Positions 11,081 through 22,270 of a stretch of 64,000 bases of DNA are shown in pieces. Every line of letters begins with the position of its first letter. Position 1 is the stretch's first letter. Position numbers and translations under genes: made by a program. Origin of the DNA: Azolla caroliniana (taxonomy: Eukaryota > Plantae > Polypodiophyta); NCBI GenBank assembly GCA_043228905.1, contig JBHGNT010000004.1, positions 16,926,001-16,990,000 of the forward strand, given 5' to 3'. The notes beneath the pieces are model-generated. The model worked only from the letters and a program-made list of their open reading frames with translations, was not told where the DNA came from and searched no databases.

Positions 11081-11771
11081 TGTCGCGTTGTTACGCGCGT
11101 GCGTGGAGAACAAGGCGGGACCACTAGGGTCTTGGACCGAGAAATAACGGAGAAGGAGGAGAATGGAAAGGCGATGGACGCACTTGCACACGCACAAACA
11201 CGGGAGCACACATGAATCATAGTCCAACAACACAGCAAAACGAGACGACTAGGAGTCCGGGTATATGAACACGTATGTATATAAATATATATATTTATCA
11301 AGACGGTTACAACTAACAGGCCGGCAAGGCGAACATCGACGCCTGTTCACTCACACACAGAAGAGCGAGATGGAGACTCTGTCGGAAGCACATGGGCGTT
11401 CCACGGAGCAGAGTCAGCCTCCCGAAAACCTGCGCAAAATGGCTATGGAGAGTGGCCGAGGAGAAGGGCTCGGTCCCAGTCCGGCAGCATTTTGTCCTCT
11501 CTAGCACGCGATACCTTTTCCATTCCTCTCCCTCTCTTTTATAGCCCAAGGAGGGAGGTCGTTATCATCTGTTACATCACATTAATTCTTTGTCCTTTCG
11601 GACAGAGATACACCTCGATGTTGTCCCTATTGAATGCGTGCTACCTAGGATTTCACCTCAACCGACTTGTACCTACCTACTTACCATACAACGAAAAGTG
11701 TGTTCGCGTGTAAGGGCCGGTTTACACACGCTAAACTCGGTTTCCGCCTAGGTACGGTTTTCTTCGCGACA
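11081..11771 (-). repeat. LTR-B: divergent 3' LTR of the minus-strand Gypsy element
   Basis: TGTCGCGTTGTTAC...TCTTCGCGACA, 691 bp. It shares its ends and the TTTTATAGCCCAAGGAGGGAG block with LTR-A, but the interior differs. Adjacent TCCGCCCCCACCT is a reverse-complement PPT. Confidence 0.85.
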
Positions 11772-12595
11772 TCCGCCCCCACCTAACCGTGCATCCACCG
11801 GTATGCGCCAAAATTGGGCTCTTGCTGGAGAAAACCAGTCCATGCTTTACTCCTCGTCTTCCGGATCGTCATCCGCCTCGGACCGCCCGTCGTCGCCATC
11901 CATGCTTTCCAGATCCGGCTCGCACTCGTGTCGTTTCTTAAACACTTTGACCCTCTTCCCCGCTACCGGTATTGTCATCCTCGTACCGTCGAGCTCCGCA
12001 AGATGGTAGGTCCTGTTGTCGTTGGCGCTTTTCACCGCGTAAGGCCCGAACCACCTCCTTGCATCCTTACCCGTTGCCCTATGCTGGTTGTCGAGGCTGC
12101 TGTCATACACTAGGACCCAGTCGCCTTCCTCGATTTTCTTCGGTCGCAGTCGGTGAGTCCGGTCAAACCGCCCTTTGTTCTTCAACCTTGCCAACCGAAG
12201 CTTCTCCGCAGCTTGTTCCACGTCCTCCGGCCTTCGCTCGAGCTGTCGAATCCGTGCCACCAGCAACTCCTCCCGGCTCATCTCGTCCTTCCAATCTACC
12301 ACCACCCACGAGGAAACCGTCTGTTCCACCGGCATGATCGGCTTCTGTCCATACATCAGCTCTGCCGGCATAAACCTGTTACCGAACTATGCGTAGTTCG
12401 GTCCGCCCATAGTGCGTAAGGAAGGAGTCGCGGCCAATTCCCGACCTGCCCTCCGCATGCACGCACTAACGCCTTTACGATCGGCCCGTGCCCACGTTCT
12501 ACCTTCCCGTTCGCCTCCGGATTGTACGTCGTAGTGAGGGAGAGTTTGACCCCTAGCCGGTCAAACAACTCCTCGACTTCCCGCGCATCCAGCTC

Positions 12596-15500
12596 TGTTG
12601 AGAATCAGCTCTTCCGATTCACCTTCACCACTCGGCCACAACCGAGAAATCTCCGAATCAATGGAGCAGAAAATAGGAAATACAGAGAAAGACACGATAC
12701 ACAGGGATTAACGTGGAAAACCCTATACGGGAAAAACCACGGGAGTGCGAGACTCCAAACCAAACTATGCACAGAGAAATATACAATGGCGAGCTGCAAG
12801 GCAACGACCTTGCGCTCGCTTTCTTCACCACAGGCGGCGGTATTACACAGAGGCGTCGACCTCTTCCTCTCTCACGCTCTATCTCGGCTGCTCTCACTTC
12901 GCTCCCTCTTAGTGGAAAAACAGAAAATGAGCAACAACAACTTCAACTGTTTACCCTAAGTCATATTTATACACATATGACTTTCGGGCTATTTACAAAT
13001 ATAGCCTCAAGGGCTCTTAGCAAACATATTCACAAATATGTCCCCGCATCCGGATCTCTCTCCGGGTACATTCGTCATCTGGCTCCGCAGCCGGGGTCTT
13101 CATCATCCGGATCCGTATCCGGGTACTCTTCATCCGGCTTCATGCCGGGTACTCTTCATCATCCGGATCCGCATCCGGGTACTCTTCATCCGGCTTCATG
13201 CCGGGTACTCTTCATCATCCGGTTCCGTAACCGCAACCGGGCTTGCCGTCATTTATCTCCGGGGACATCCCATCCGGAGGGACCGAAATCCCAACAAACT
13301 CCCCCTTCACTTCGGCATGGGATGTCTCTCCAATCCAATCCTCTTCCGGCATGCTTCCAACTTGTCGGGTGTGAGCACTTTGGTCAGCATATCTGAGCCG
13401 TTCTCGTCCGTGTGGATCTTCGTCAGCACGAACTCCTGTTCTTCTATCCTTTCCCGGATCCAGTGATATCTTCGTTGGATGTGCTTCGTCCGGGAGTGAT
13501 AGGCCGCATTCTTCGCAAGGTGGATGGCACTCTGACTGTCGCAGTAGAGTCGGTACTCCTCTTGCCGGATACCGAGCTCTCTAATGAAGTCCTTCATCCA
13601 TATTATTTCCTTGCCGGCTTCAACAGCCGCCATGTACTCCGCCTCCGTGGTTGACAACGCAACCGTCTTCTGCAGCCTCGACTGCCACGAAACAGCTCCC
13701 CCTGCATACGTCATCACATACCCTGATGTGGACCGGCTGGTATCTGCATCAGCCGACATATCCGAATCGGTAAAGCCGTCGAGTTCGGGCTTACCGGAGC
13801 CGAATCGGAGGCACACGTTTGCCGTGCCCTTCAGGTATCGGAGTATCCACTTGACCGCGTTCCAATGCTCTTTGCCGGGATTGCTCATGTACCGGCTCAC
13901 CACTCCGACTGCGTATCCTATGTCCGGTCTTGTACACACCATTGCGTACATCAAGCTTCCGATGGCAGAGGCATATGGTACTTTCATCATGTCCTCTTTC
14001 TCAGCCTTTGTCTTGGGGCTTTGCTTGCTGGACAACTTGCAGTTTGCCGGGAGGGTTGATCTGACCGGTCTTGCTTCCGACATGTTGAACCGGTGAAGCA
14101 CCTTTGTTACGTACTTCTCCTGTGACAGCCACAACAGCTTCTTCTTCCGGTCTCGGATGATGTGCATCCCTAGTATTTGCCTCGCCGGACCCAGGTCCTT
14201 CATTGAGAAGGTTCGGTGAAGAGCCTTCTTCAGCATCCGTATCTTGACCTGGTCCCGTCCGACGATCAACATGTCGTCCACGTACAGGAGGAGTATTAGA
14301 AAGTCTCCTCCTTCAAACTTCCTCACAAACACGCAGTGGTCAGACTGCGTTTTGTGGTACCCTTCGTCGGTCATGAAGGAGTCGAACTTCCGGTACCATT
14401 GCCGAGGAGCCTGCTTCAGTCCGTAAAGGCTCTTGTTCAACCGGCATACCAGGTGCTCCTTCCCTTTCTTCTCGAATCCTTCCGGTTGCTGCATGTAGAT
14501 CTCTTCATCGAGGTCACCGTGAAGGAATGCCGTCTTCACGTCCATCTGTTCTACCTCGAGGTCCATGCTTGCCGCTATGCTCAGCACCGTCCGGATGGAG
14601 GTCATCTTCACTACCGGGGCAAATATCTCGTCGAAGTCGACGCCCTTCTTCTGCTGAAACCCCTTCACCACGATCCTGGCTTTGTATCTCGGGGGGTTTC
14701 CGGCATCTCCCGGTTTCAGCTTGAACACCCACTTGTTTCGAAGTGCCCGCTTTCCTTTCGGCAACTCCGCAAGGTCATATGTGTGGTTCTCATGCAGGGA
14801 ATCCATCTCGTCCTGCATGGCACTCAACCACCTGCGGCTCTGGGTGTCGTGCTTTGCTTCTTCAAAGCTCTCCGGCTCCCCCTCGTCGGTTAGCAGCACG
14901 TGCTCTGGTTCCGGAAATCTCCGGGGGGCCCTTCTCTCTCTTAGAGGATATCTCCGTTCGGGAGCTTCGGTAACCGGTTCTTCCGATTCTTCTTCTTCAT
15001 CCGAATCCATTTCGGGATCGGGGCCGGTTCCGGTATCATTTTCATCTTCTTCGGCCGGTTCTGTTTCTTCACCGTCTTCGGCCGGATCCTCGAGTGCTAA
15101 CCGGTCCCTTGCCGGTCGGGACTGCTCCTCGTAGAGTTGATCCTCACCGGTCGACTTGGAGCTCTTCATCTTCTTCTCCGACTCCCAGTCGGCGAGTGTC
15201 TTGTCCTCCATGAAGATGATGTCTCGACTCCTGAATGTCTTCTTGTCGACCGGGTCCCATACTCGGTAGCCGAACTCGTCGTTGCCGTAACCGAGGAATA
15301 TGCATGGCCGGGTCTTTGGATCTAGCTTTCCTCTCCGGTCCTTTGCCACATGCACGTAAGCGAGACACCCGAACACCTTCAGATGCCGATAGGACACTTC
15401 CTTACCGGTCCACACTTTCTGCGGCGTGTCTCCGTCCAAAGGTACAGAGGGTGATCTGTTTATCACGTATGTCGCTGTCGACATTGCCTCAGCCCAAAAC

Positions 15501-18057
15501 CCCTTGGGTAATTTCGCATGCGCCAGCATACTCCGGACCCTCTCCATTATGGTCCGGTTCATCCTCTCGGCCAGCCCGTTCAGTTCCGGCGTCTTCGGCA
15601 CAGTAAACTCGAGCCGGATTCCCTTCGAGCGATAGTACTCCTGGAACTGCCCCCGGTATTCCCCTCCGTTATCCGCTCGTATCGCTTTCAGCTTCTTGCC
15701 GGATTCCCTTTCCACTCTCGCGTGGAGTTCCTTGAAGACGCACAACACTTGGTCCTTTGTCTTCAACGGTGCCGTCCACAGCTTCCGGCTGTGATCATCA
15801 ATGAATGTTACGAAGTACTGGGCTCCGCCATGTGACTTCGTTTCTACCTGACACACATCAGTGTGTACCAACTCCAATGGTACACTACGTCTCGTCGGTG
15901 GCCTTGAGTGGAAAGAGGTTCGGTTCTGCTTACCGGCCAGGCAATCGGTGCACTTCTCCAGGTGCACATGCTTCACTGGAATAAGGTTGTCTTCTGCAAG
16001 CCTCTTCATCCCCTTCTCACTCATGTGGCACAGTCTTTTGTGCCACAGCTCACCGGCAGTGTCGGCTGCCACATTCAGCTCTTCCGGACATAACCGGGCA
16101 TTCATCAGGTACAGGGTGTTGACTTTCCGGGCCCGAGCCACTATCAGGCTCCCCTTGCTGAACTTCATTACGCCGTTCCGGATGCTACCTGTGTAGCCTT
16201 CATCGTCTAGCCTCCCGGCCGAAATCAGGTTCAATCGAACCTCCGGAACGTGTCGGACATCCTTCAGCAGCATTTTGCATCCGGTCGGGGTTGTCAACCA
16301 CACGTCTCCTATGCCGGCAATCCGGCACGTACCTTCGTTTCCCATCCGGACACAGCCGTGCTCACCGGCTGTGTAAGATGAGAAGTATTTCTTCTCCGGG
16401 GTCAGGTGGAACGACGCTCCGGAATCGACCACCCAGGTCACCTCTTCACCGGCAAGGTTCAGCTCCCTCTCTTCGGTAATGAGCATTATCTCTTCTTCAC
16501 TTGCCGCGAGTGCCGTCGTTCCTTTCCGGTCCTGCCCTCGCCGATCCGGACCTCTTCGGTCCGTGGCTCCCCGGTATGCACCGTTTCTCTCCGGTGACTT
16601 CTTCGAATCGGTGTCGTCGGCTCCGTTGTCCTTTCGGTAATGCCGACAATTCTTCCGGAAGTGCCCCGGCTTCCCACAGTGGAAGCATGTGGGTCTTCCT
16701 CTTGACTGCGACCGGGTCCCCGACTTCTCCCGTCTTTGCGGACTCCGGTTCCATTGTCTCCCCCGTTCCGATTCGGTAAGCAGCGCCTTCGAGTCGGAGG
16801 CCGGTTCTTTATCTCTCCGACGCGCTTCTTCATTTAGAATACTTGTCTTTACCGTTTGTAAGGACAAGTTATCTTCGGTGCAGGAGGTGCTGAGAGTCAC
16901 CACCAAGTTCTCCCAGCTTTCCGGCAATGTACACATCAGGATGATGGCTTGCATTGCATCCTCCAACGGGAACTTGATCGCCGCAAGCTGATTCACGAAT
17001 CCCATGAACGTGCTTACGTGTTCCACCATACTCTCGCCGTCCCGGTACTTGAGGTTCACTATCTTCCTCATCAGGGAGGTCCGGTTCAACGCATTCTTCC
17101 TCTCGTAGAGGCCCGACAGCTTCTTCCACATCTCATATGCGTTGGTGTCATTCGCCACATGTTGTAGGACGCTTACATCGACATATTGTCGGATCGTCGC
17201 TACGGCTTTCCGGTTCAGGAGCTTCCACTCCGACTCAAGTACCCCCTTCGGTATTTCCGACCTGTCAATCGGTTCATACAGGTCCCGAACAATCAGAAGA
17301 TCCTCCATCTTGATCTTCCAGTCGGCGTAATTCTGTGCATTCAGCACCATCATCCCCGGCTGCCCGCTGCCGCCGCCTTCCATTTTCTGCAGCAGTTCGC
17401 TCTGATACCAGTTGTTGAGAATCAGCTCTTCCGATTCACCTTCACCACTCGGCCACAACCGAGAAATCTCCGAATCAATGGAGCAGAAAATAGGAAATAC
17501 AGAGAAAGACACGATACACAGGGATTAACGTGGAAAACCCTATACGGGAAAAACCACGGGAGTGCGAGACTCCAAACCAAACTATGCACAGAGAAATATA
17601 CAATGGCGAGCTGCAAGGCAACGACCTTGCGCTCGCTTTCTTCACCACAGGCGGCGGTATTACACAGAGGCGTCGACCTCTTCCTCTCTCACGCTCTATC
17701 TCGGCTGCTCTCACTTCGCTCCCTCTTAGTGGAAAAACAGAAAATGAGCAACAACAACTTCAACTGTTTACCCTAAGTCATATTTATACACATATGACTT
17801 TCGGGCTATTTACAAATATAGCCTCAAGGGCTCTTAGCAAACATATTCACAAATATGTCCCCGCATCCGGATCTCTCTCCGGGTACATTCGTCATCTGGC
17901 TCCGCAGCCGGGGTCTTCATCATCCGGATCCGTATCCGGGTACTCTTCATCCGGCTTCATGCCGGGTACTCTTCATCATCCGGTTCCGTAACCGCAACCG
18001 GGCTTGCCGTCATTTATCTCCGGGGACATCCCATCCGGAGGGACCGAAATCCCAACA
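12596..18057 (-). mobile_element. Intact Ty1/Copia retrotransposon (Tnt1/Tork-like)
   Basis: LTRs at 12596-13296 and 17413-18057. TSD AGCTC at 12591-12595 and 18058-18062. PBS TGGTATCAGAGC (tRNA-iMet) at 17410-17399. PPT next to 13296. Confidence 0.97.
13307..17383 (-). CDS. Copia gag-pol polyprotein, 1358 aa, uninterrupted
   Basis: First ATG after the PBS (MEGGGSG). Motifs CFHCGKPGHFRKNC, WVVDSGAS, LVHTDVC, QMDVKTAFLHG, LLYVDDML and RTKHIQRRYHW. Confidence 0.95.
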   Translation of the reverse strand: MEGGGSGQPGMMVLNAQNYADWKIKMEDLLIVRDLYEPIDRSEIPKGVLESEWKLLNRKAVATIRQYVDVSVLQHVANDTNAYEMWKKLSGLYERKNALNRTSLMRKIVNLKYRDGESMVEHVSTFMGFVNQLAAIKFPLEDAMQAIILMCTLPESWENLVVTLSTSCTEDNLSLQTVKTSILNEEARRRDKEPASDSKALLTESERGRQWNRSPQRREKSGTRSQSRGRPTCFHCGKPGHFRKNCRHYRKDNGADDTDSKKSPERNGAYRGATDRRGPDRRGQDRKGTTALAASEEEIMLITEERELNLAGEEVTWVVDSGASFHLTPEKKYFSSYTAGEHGCVRMGNEGTCRIAGIGDVWLTTPTGCKMLLKDVRHVPEVRLNLISAGRLDDEGYTGSIRNGVMKFSKGSLIVARARKVNTLYLMNARLCPEELNVAADTAGELWHKRLCHMSEKGMKRLAEDNLIPVKHVHLEKCTDCLAGKQNRTSFHSRPPTRRSVPLELVHTDVCQVETKSHGGAQYFVTFIDDHSRKLWTAPLKTKDQVLCVFKELHARVERESGKKLKAIRADNGGEYRGQFQEYYRSKGIRLEFTVPKTPELNGLAERMNRTIMERVRSMLAHAKLPKGFWAEAMSTATYVINRSPSVPLDGDTPQKVWTGKEVSYRHLKVFGCLAYVHVAKDRRGKLDPKTRPCIFLGYGNDEFGYRVWDPVDKKTFRSRDIIFMEDKTLADWESEKKMKSSKSTGEDQLYEEQSRPARDRLALEDPAEDGEETEPAEEDENDTGTGPDPEMDSDEEEESEEPVTEAPERRYPLRERRAPRRFPEPEHVLLTDEGEPESFEEAKHDTQSRRWLSAMQDEMDSLHENHTYDLAELPKGKRALRNKWVFKLKPGDAGNPPRYKARIVVKGFQQKKGVDFDEIFAPVVKMTSIRTVLSIAASMDLEVEQMDVKTAFLHGDLDEEIYMQQPEGFEKKGKEHLVCRLNKSLYGLKQAPRQWYRKFDSFMTDEGYHKTQSDHCVFVRKFEGGDFLILLLYVDDMLIVGRDQVKIRMLKKALHRTFSMKDLGPARQILGMHIIRDRKKKLLWLSQEKYVTKVLHRFNMSEARPVRSTLPANCKLSSKQSPKTKAEKEDMMKVPYASAIGSLMYAMVCTRPDIGYAVGVVSRYMSNPGKEHWNAVKWILRYLKGTANVCLRFGSGKPELDGFTDSDMSADADTSRSTSGYVMTYAGGAVSWQSRLQKTVALSTTEAEYMAAVEAGKEIIWMKDFIRELGIRQEEYRLYCDSQSAIHLAKNAAYHSRTKHIQRRYHWIRERIEEQEFVLTKIHTDENGSDMLTKVLTPDKLEACRKRIGLERHPMPK

Positions 18058-19332
18058 AGCTCTCCCCGGTCCGCCACGATCTTCCCAACGCACCCGTATC
18101 GACACACTACCTCTTCGATCAGGAACCGGCATACCGCCGCGGTTGTCTTGTTCTGTAGTGCACAACCTTCCACCTGGTTCGTTAAGTCTTCCCGTGCAAG
18201 CACCAGGTATCGCATCTGTCCCACCCCCATCGGCATCGTCACCAAGTCCACCATCCACTTGAAATGGACCGTAGGCGGGTAGGTCGGGTGTAGCTCATCC
18301 CGGTGCCGGACTACGAAGTGCATCTGACAGCTTCCGCAAGTCGTTACGAATCGATGCACGTCCCGGTACAACACCGGCCACCAGTACTTCTCTTTCAGCT
18401 TCTCGAATGTGGCCCACGTTCCGTGGTGCCCGGCCCAGGGACTCTCGTGAAATGTCGCCAGTAGTTCCTCCTGTTCTTCTTTCTTCGCCACCACTTAGAG
18501 CGGGATGTTGTCCCCCTTCTTCGGGTGCTTCCATATGTACTCGTCCCAAAGGAAGAATCAGTACGCTTTCTTCTGGATCCGGTTGGCCTCTTCCTTTGTC
18601 CATGCCGCGTCCGGTGTCATTGTTTTCAGGAGCCCGTTGATCTGGAGCCACTCCCCATCATACTTGCTCTCATTGAATTCGTTAAGCGCCGGAGTGCTCC
18701 CCTTTCTGGTTGTCACGTATGCCGCCTCGAAGAAATCTACGCCGACTTCCTCGTCCTCCGAAACCATGTCGTCCTCGTTTTTGAACCTCGCCCTTGAGAA
18801 CATGTCGGCCATGGCATTGTCTTTTCTAGAAATGTGTCGTATCTCCGGATTCAGGGACTTGATGTACACTATCCACCTGACCATTGCCAGGTCCGGCGTC
18901 GCGCATCCGAAAACCATGCCGAGAATCGGCAGGCAATCCGTCTCGATTATTACCTCTATCCCGATCAGATAGACTTTATCGGCCTTCACCGCCGAAACCA
19001 TACCCCAGAGTTCGCGTTTAACCTGGGCATATCCTCGTTGTCGCTCACTGAGGACCTTCGCGCCGAACCGGATGGGGAGCCTCGTGCCAACGTCATCCTC
19101 TTGGTTGATCACCCATCCGATCCCGGTCGGACTCGTGTCTATGGTTACGTAAATTGGAGTGTCTTTGCCGTAGACAGCCTTTCGGAGCGCCAGTGCCGTG
19201 GCAAGTGCTTCCTTCATCTTTCGGACTGACTCCGTATGCTCGTCTCCCCACTCGAATTTACGCCCTTTCTTCAGCAACCCATACAGCGGCTCCGCGACGT
19301 GGGCGTAATGCAGGATCTAGATATGGTAGAAC

Positions 19333-19599
19333 TGTTAGGAATTGACGCCTTTCCAGAACCCTCGTCGCTCGGCCACAACCGAGGAAACACCAGTCAATGC
19401 AGAAGTAAATCACAAACACAGAGAGAGACTCGAATGCACAGGGTTTATCGTGGAAAACCCTAGACGGGAAAAACCACGGGAGTGCAAGACTCCAACTATC
19501 ACTATACGCAGAGAATGTACAATGGCGAGCTGCAAGGCGACGACCTTGAGCTCGCTGTCCTCGCCACAGGCAGCGGTATTACACAGAGGCGTCGACCTC

Positions 19600-19634
<35 letters not shown>

Positions 19635-22270
19635 GCTGCTCTCACTTCGCTCCCTCTAAAATAGAAAACAGAAAAATGAGCAACAACAGACAAAACTGTT
19701 TGCCCTAAGTCATATTTATACACATATGACTTTCGGGCTATTTACAAATATAGCCTAGAGGGCCCTTGGCAAACATATTCACAAATATGTCCCCGCATCC
19801 AAATCTCTCTCCGGGTACATTCGTCATCCGGCTCCGTAGCTGGGGTCTTCATCATCCGGCTCCGTAGCCGGGGTCTTCATCATCCGGCTCCGTAGCCGGG
19901 GTCTTCATCATCCGGATCCGTAACCGGGTCTTCAACATCCGGTTCCGATACCGGGTACTCCTCATTCGGGTCTTCATTCCCGATTCCCGGACATCTGACC
20001 ATCCCATCCGGAGAGACCGTAATCCCAACAAACTCCCCCTTCACTTCGGCATGGGATGTCTTTCCAGTCCGACCCTCTTCCGGCACGCTTCCAGCTTGTC
20101 GGGTGTGAGCACTTTGGTCAGCATATCTGACCCGTTCTCGTCCGTGTGGATCTTCGTCAGCACGAACTCCTGGTCTTCTATCCTTTCCCGGATCCAGTGA
20201 TATCTTCGCTGGATGTGCTTCGTCCGGGAGTGATAGGCCGCATTCTTCGCAAGGTGGATGGCACTCTGACTGGATGGCACTCGAGGTCCATGCTTGCCGC
20301 TATGCTCAGCACCGTCCGGATGGAGGTCATCTTCACTACCGGGGCAAATATCTCGTCGAAGTCGACGCCCTTCTTCTGCTGGAACCCCTTCACCACGATC
20401 CTGGCTTTGTATCTCGGGGGGTTTCCGGCATCTCCCGGTTTCAGCTTGAACACCCACTTGTTTCGAAGTGCCCGCTTTCCTTTCGGCAACTCCACAAGTT
20501 CATATGTGTGGTTCTCATGCAGGGAATCCATCTCCTCCTGCATGGCACTTAACCACCTGCGGCTATGGGTGTCAAGCTTTGCTTCTTCAAAACTCTCCGG
20601 CTCCCCCTCGTCGGTTAGCAGCACGTGCTCTGGTTCCGGAAATCTCCGGGGGGCCCTTCTCTCTCTTAGAGGATATCTCCGTTCCGGAGCTTCGGTAACC
20701 GGCTCCTCCGTTTCCTCTTCATCCGAATCCATTTCGGGATCGGGGCCGGTTCCGGTATCAGTTTCATCTTCCTCGGCCGGTTCTGTTTCTTCACCGTCTT
20801 CGGCCGGATCCTCGAGTGCTAACCGGTCCCTTGCCGGTCGGGACTGCTCCTCGTAGAGTTGATCCTCACCGGTCGACTTGGAGCTCTTCATCTTCTTCTC
20901 CGACTCCCAGTCGGCGAGTGTCCTGTCCTCCATGAAGATGATATCACGACTCCGAAATATCTTTTTGTCGACCGGGTCCCATACTCGGTAGCCGAACTCG
21001 TCATCGCCGTAACCGAGGAATATGCATGGCCGGGTCTTTGGATCTAGCTTTCCTCTCCGGTCCTTTGCCACATGCACATATGCGAGACACCCGAACACCT
21101 TCAGATGCCGGTAGGATACTTCCCTACCGGTCCACACTCTCTGCGGCGTGTCTCCGTCCAAAGGTACTGAGGGTGATCTGTTTATCACGTATGTCGCCGT
21201 CGACATTGCCTTAGCCCAAAACCCCTTGGGTAATTTCGCATGCGCCAGCATACTCCGGACCCTCTCCATTATGGTCCGGTTCATCCTCTCGGCCAGCCCG
21301 TTCAGTTCCGGCGTCTTCGGCACAGTAAACTCGAGCCGGATTCCCTTCGAGCGACAGTACTCCTTGAACTGCCCCCGGTATTCCCCTCCGTTATCCGCTC
21401 GTATCGCTTTCAGCTTCTTGCCGGATTCCCTTTCCACTCTCGCGTGGAGTTCTTTGAAGACGCACAACACTTGGTCCTTTGTCTTCAACGGTGCCGTCCA
21501 CAGCTTCCGGCTGTGGTCATCAATGAATGTCACGAAGTACTGGGCTCCGCCATGTGACTTCGTTTCTACTTGACACACGTCAGTGTGCACCAACTCCAAT
21601 GGTGCGCTACGTCTCGTCGGTGGCCTTGAGTGGAAGGAGGTTCGGTTCTGCTTACCGGCCAGGCAATCAGTGCACTTCTCCAGGTGCACATGCTTCACTA
21701 GAATAAGGTTGTCTTCTGCAAGCCTCTTCATCCCCTTCTCACTCATGTGGCACAGTCTCTTGTGCCACAGCTCACCGGCAGTGTCGGTTGCCACGTTCAA
21801 CTCCTCCGGACACAACCAGGCATTCATAAGGTACAGTGTGTTGACTTTCCGGGCCCGAGCCACTATCATGCTCCCCTTGCTGAACTTCATTACGCAGTTC
21901 CGGATGCTACCTGTGTAGCCTTCATCGTCTAGCCTCCCGGCCGAAATCAGGTTCAATCGAACCTCCGGAACGTGTCGGACATCCTTCAGCAACATTTTGC
22001 ATCCGGTCGAGGTTGTCAACCACACGTCTCCTATGCCGGCAATCCGGCACGTACCTTCATTTCCCATCCGAACGCAGCCATGCTCACCGGCTGTATAGGA
22101 TGAGAAGTATCTTCTTTCCGGGGTCAGGTGGAACGACGCTCCGGAATCGACCACCCAGGTAGTCTCATCGCCGGCAATGTTTAGTTCACCCTCTTCGGTG
22201 ATGAGCATGATCTCCTCTTCACTTGCCGCGAGTGCCGTCGTTCCTTTCCGGTCCTGCCCTCGCCGATCCG
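19333..22270 (-). mobile_element. Truncated Copia related to 12596-18057: one LTR, RT core deleted, 5' LTR and gag start missing
   Basis: LTR 19333-20030 with PPT. The internal sequence is collinear with the intact copy apart from a deletion of about 1 kb at about 20272-20280. It ends abruptly at about 22270, where Gypsy RT resumes. Confidence 0.92.

Noticed and set aside
12713-13396. 227-aa plus-strand ORF and its copy at 17530-17991
   Set aside because: It lies in LTR repeat sequence, has low complexity and shows no recognisable domain.
17384-17512. N-terminal 43 aa of the 1401-aa ORF call
   Set aside because: It starts at a non-ATG codon inside the LTR and runs through the PBS. The first ATG after the PBS is at 17383.
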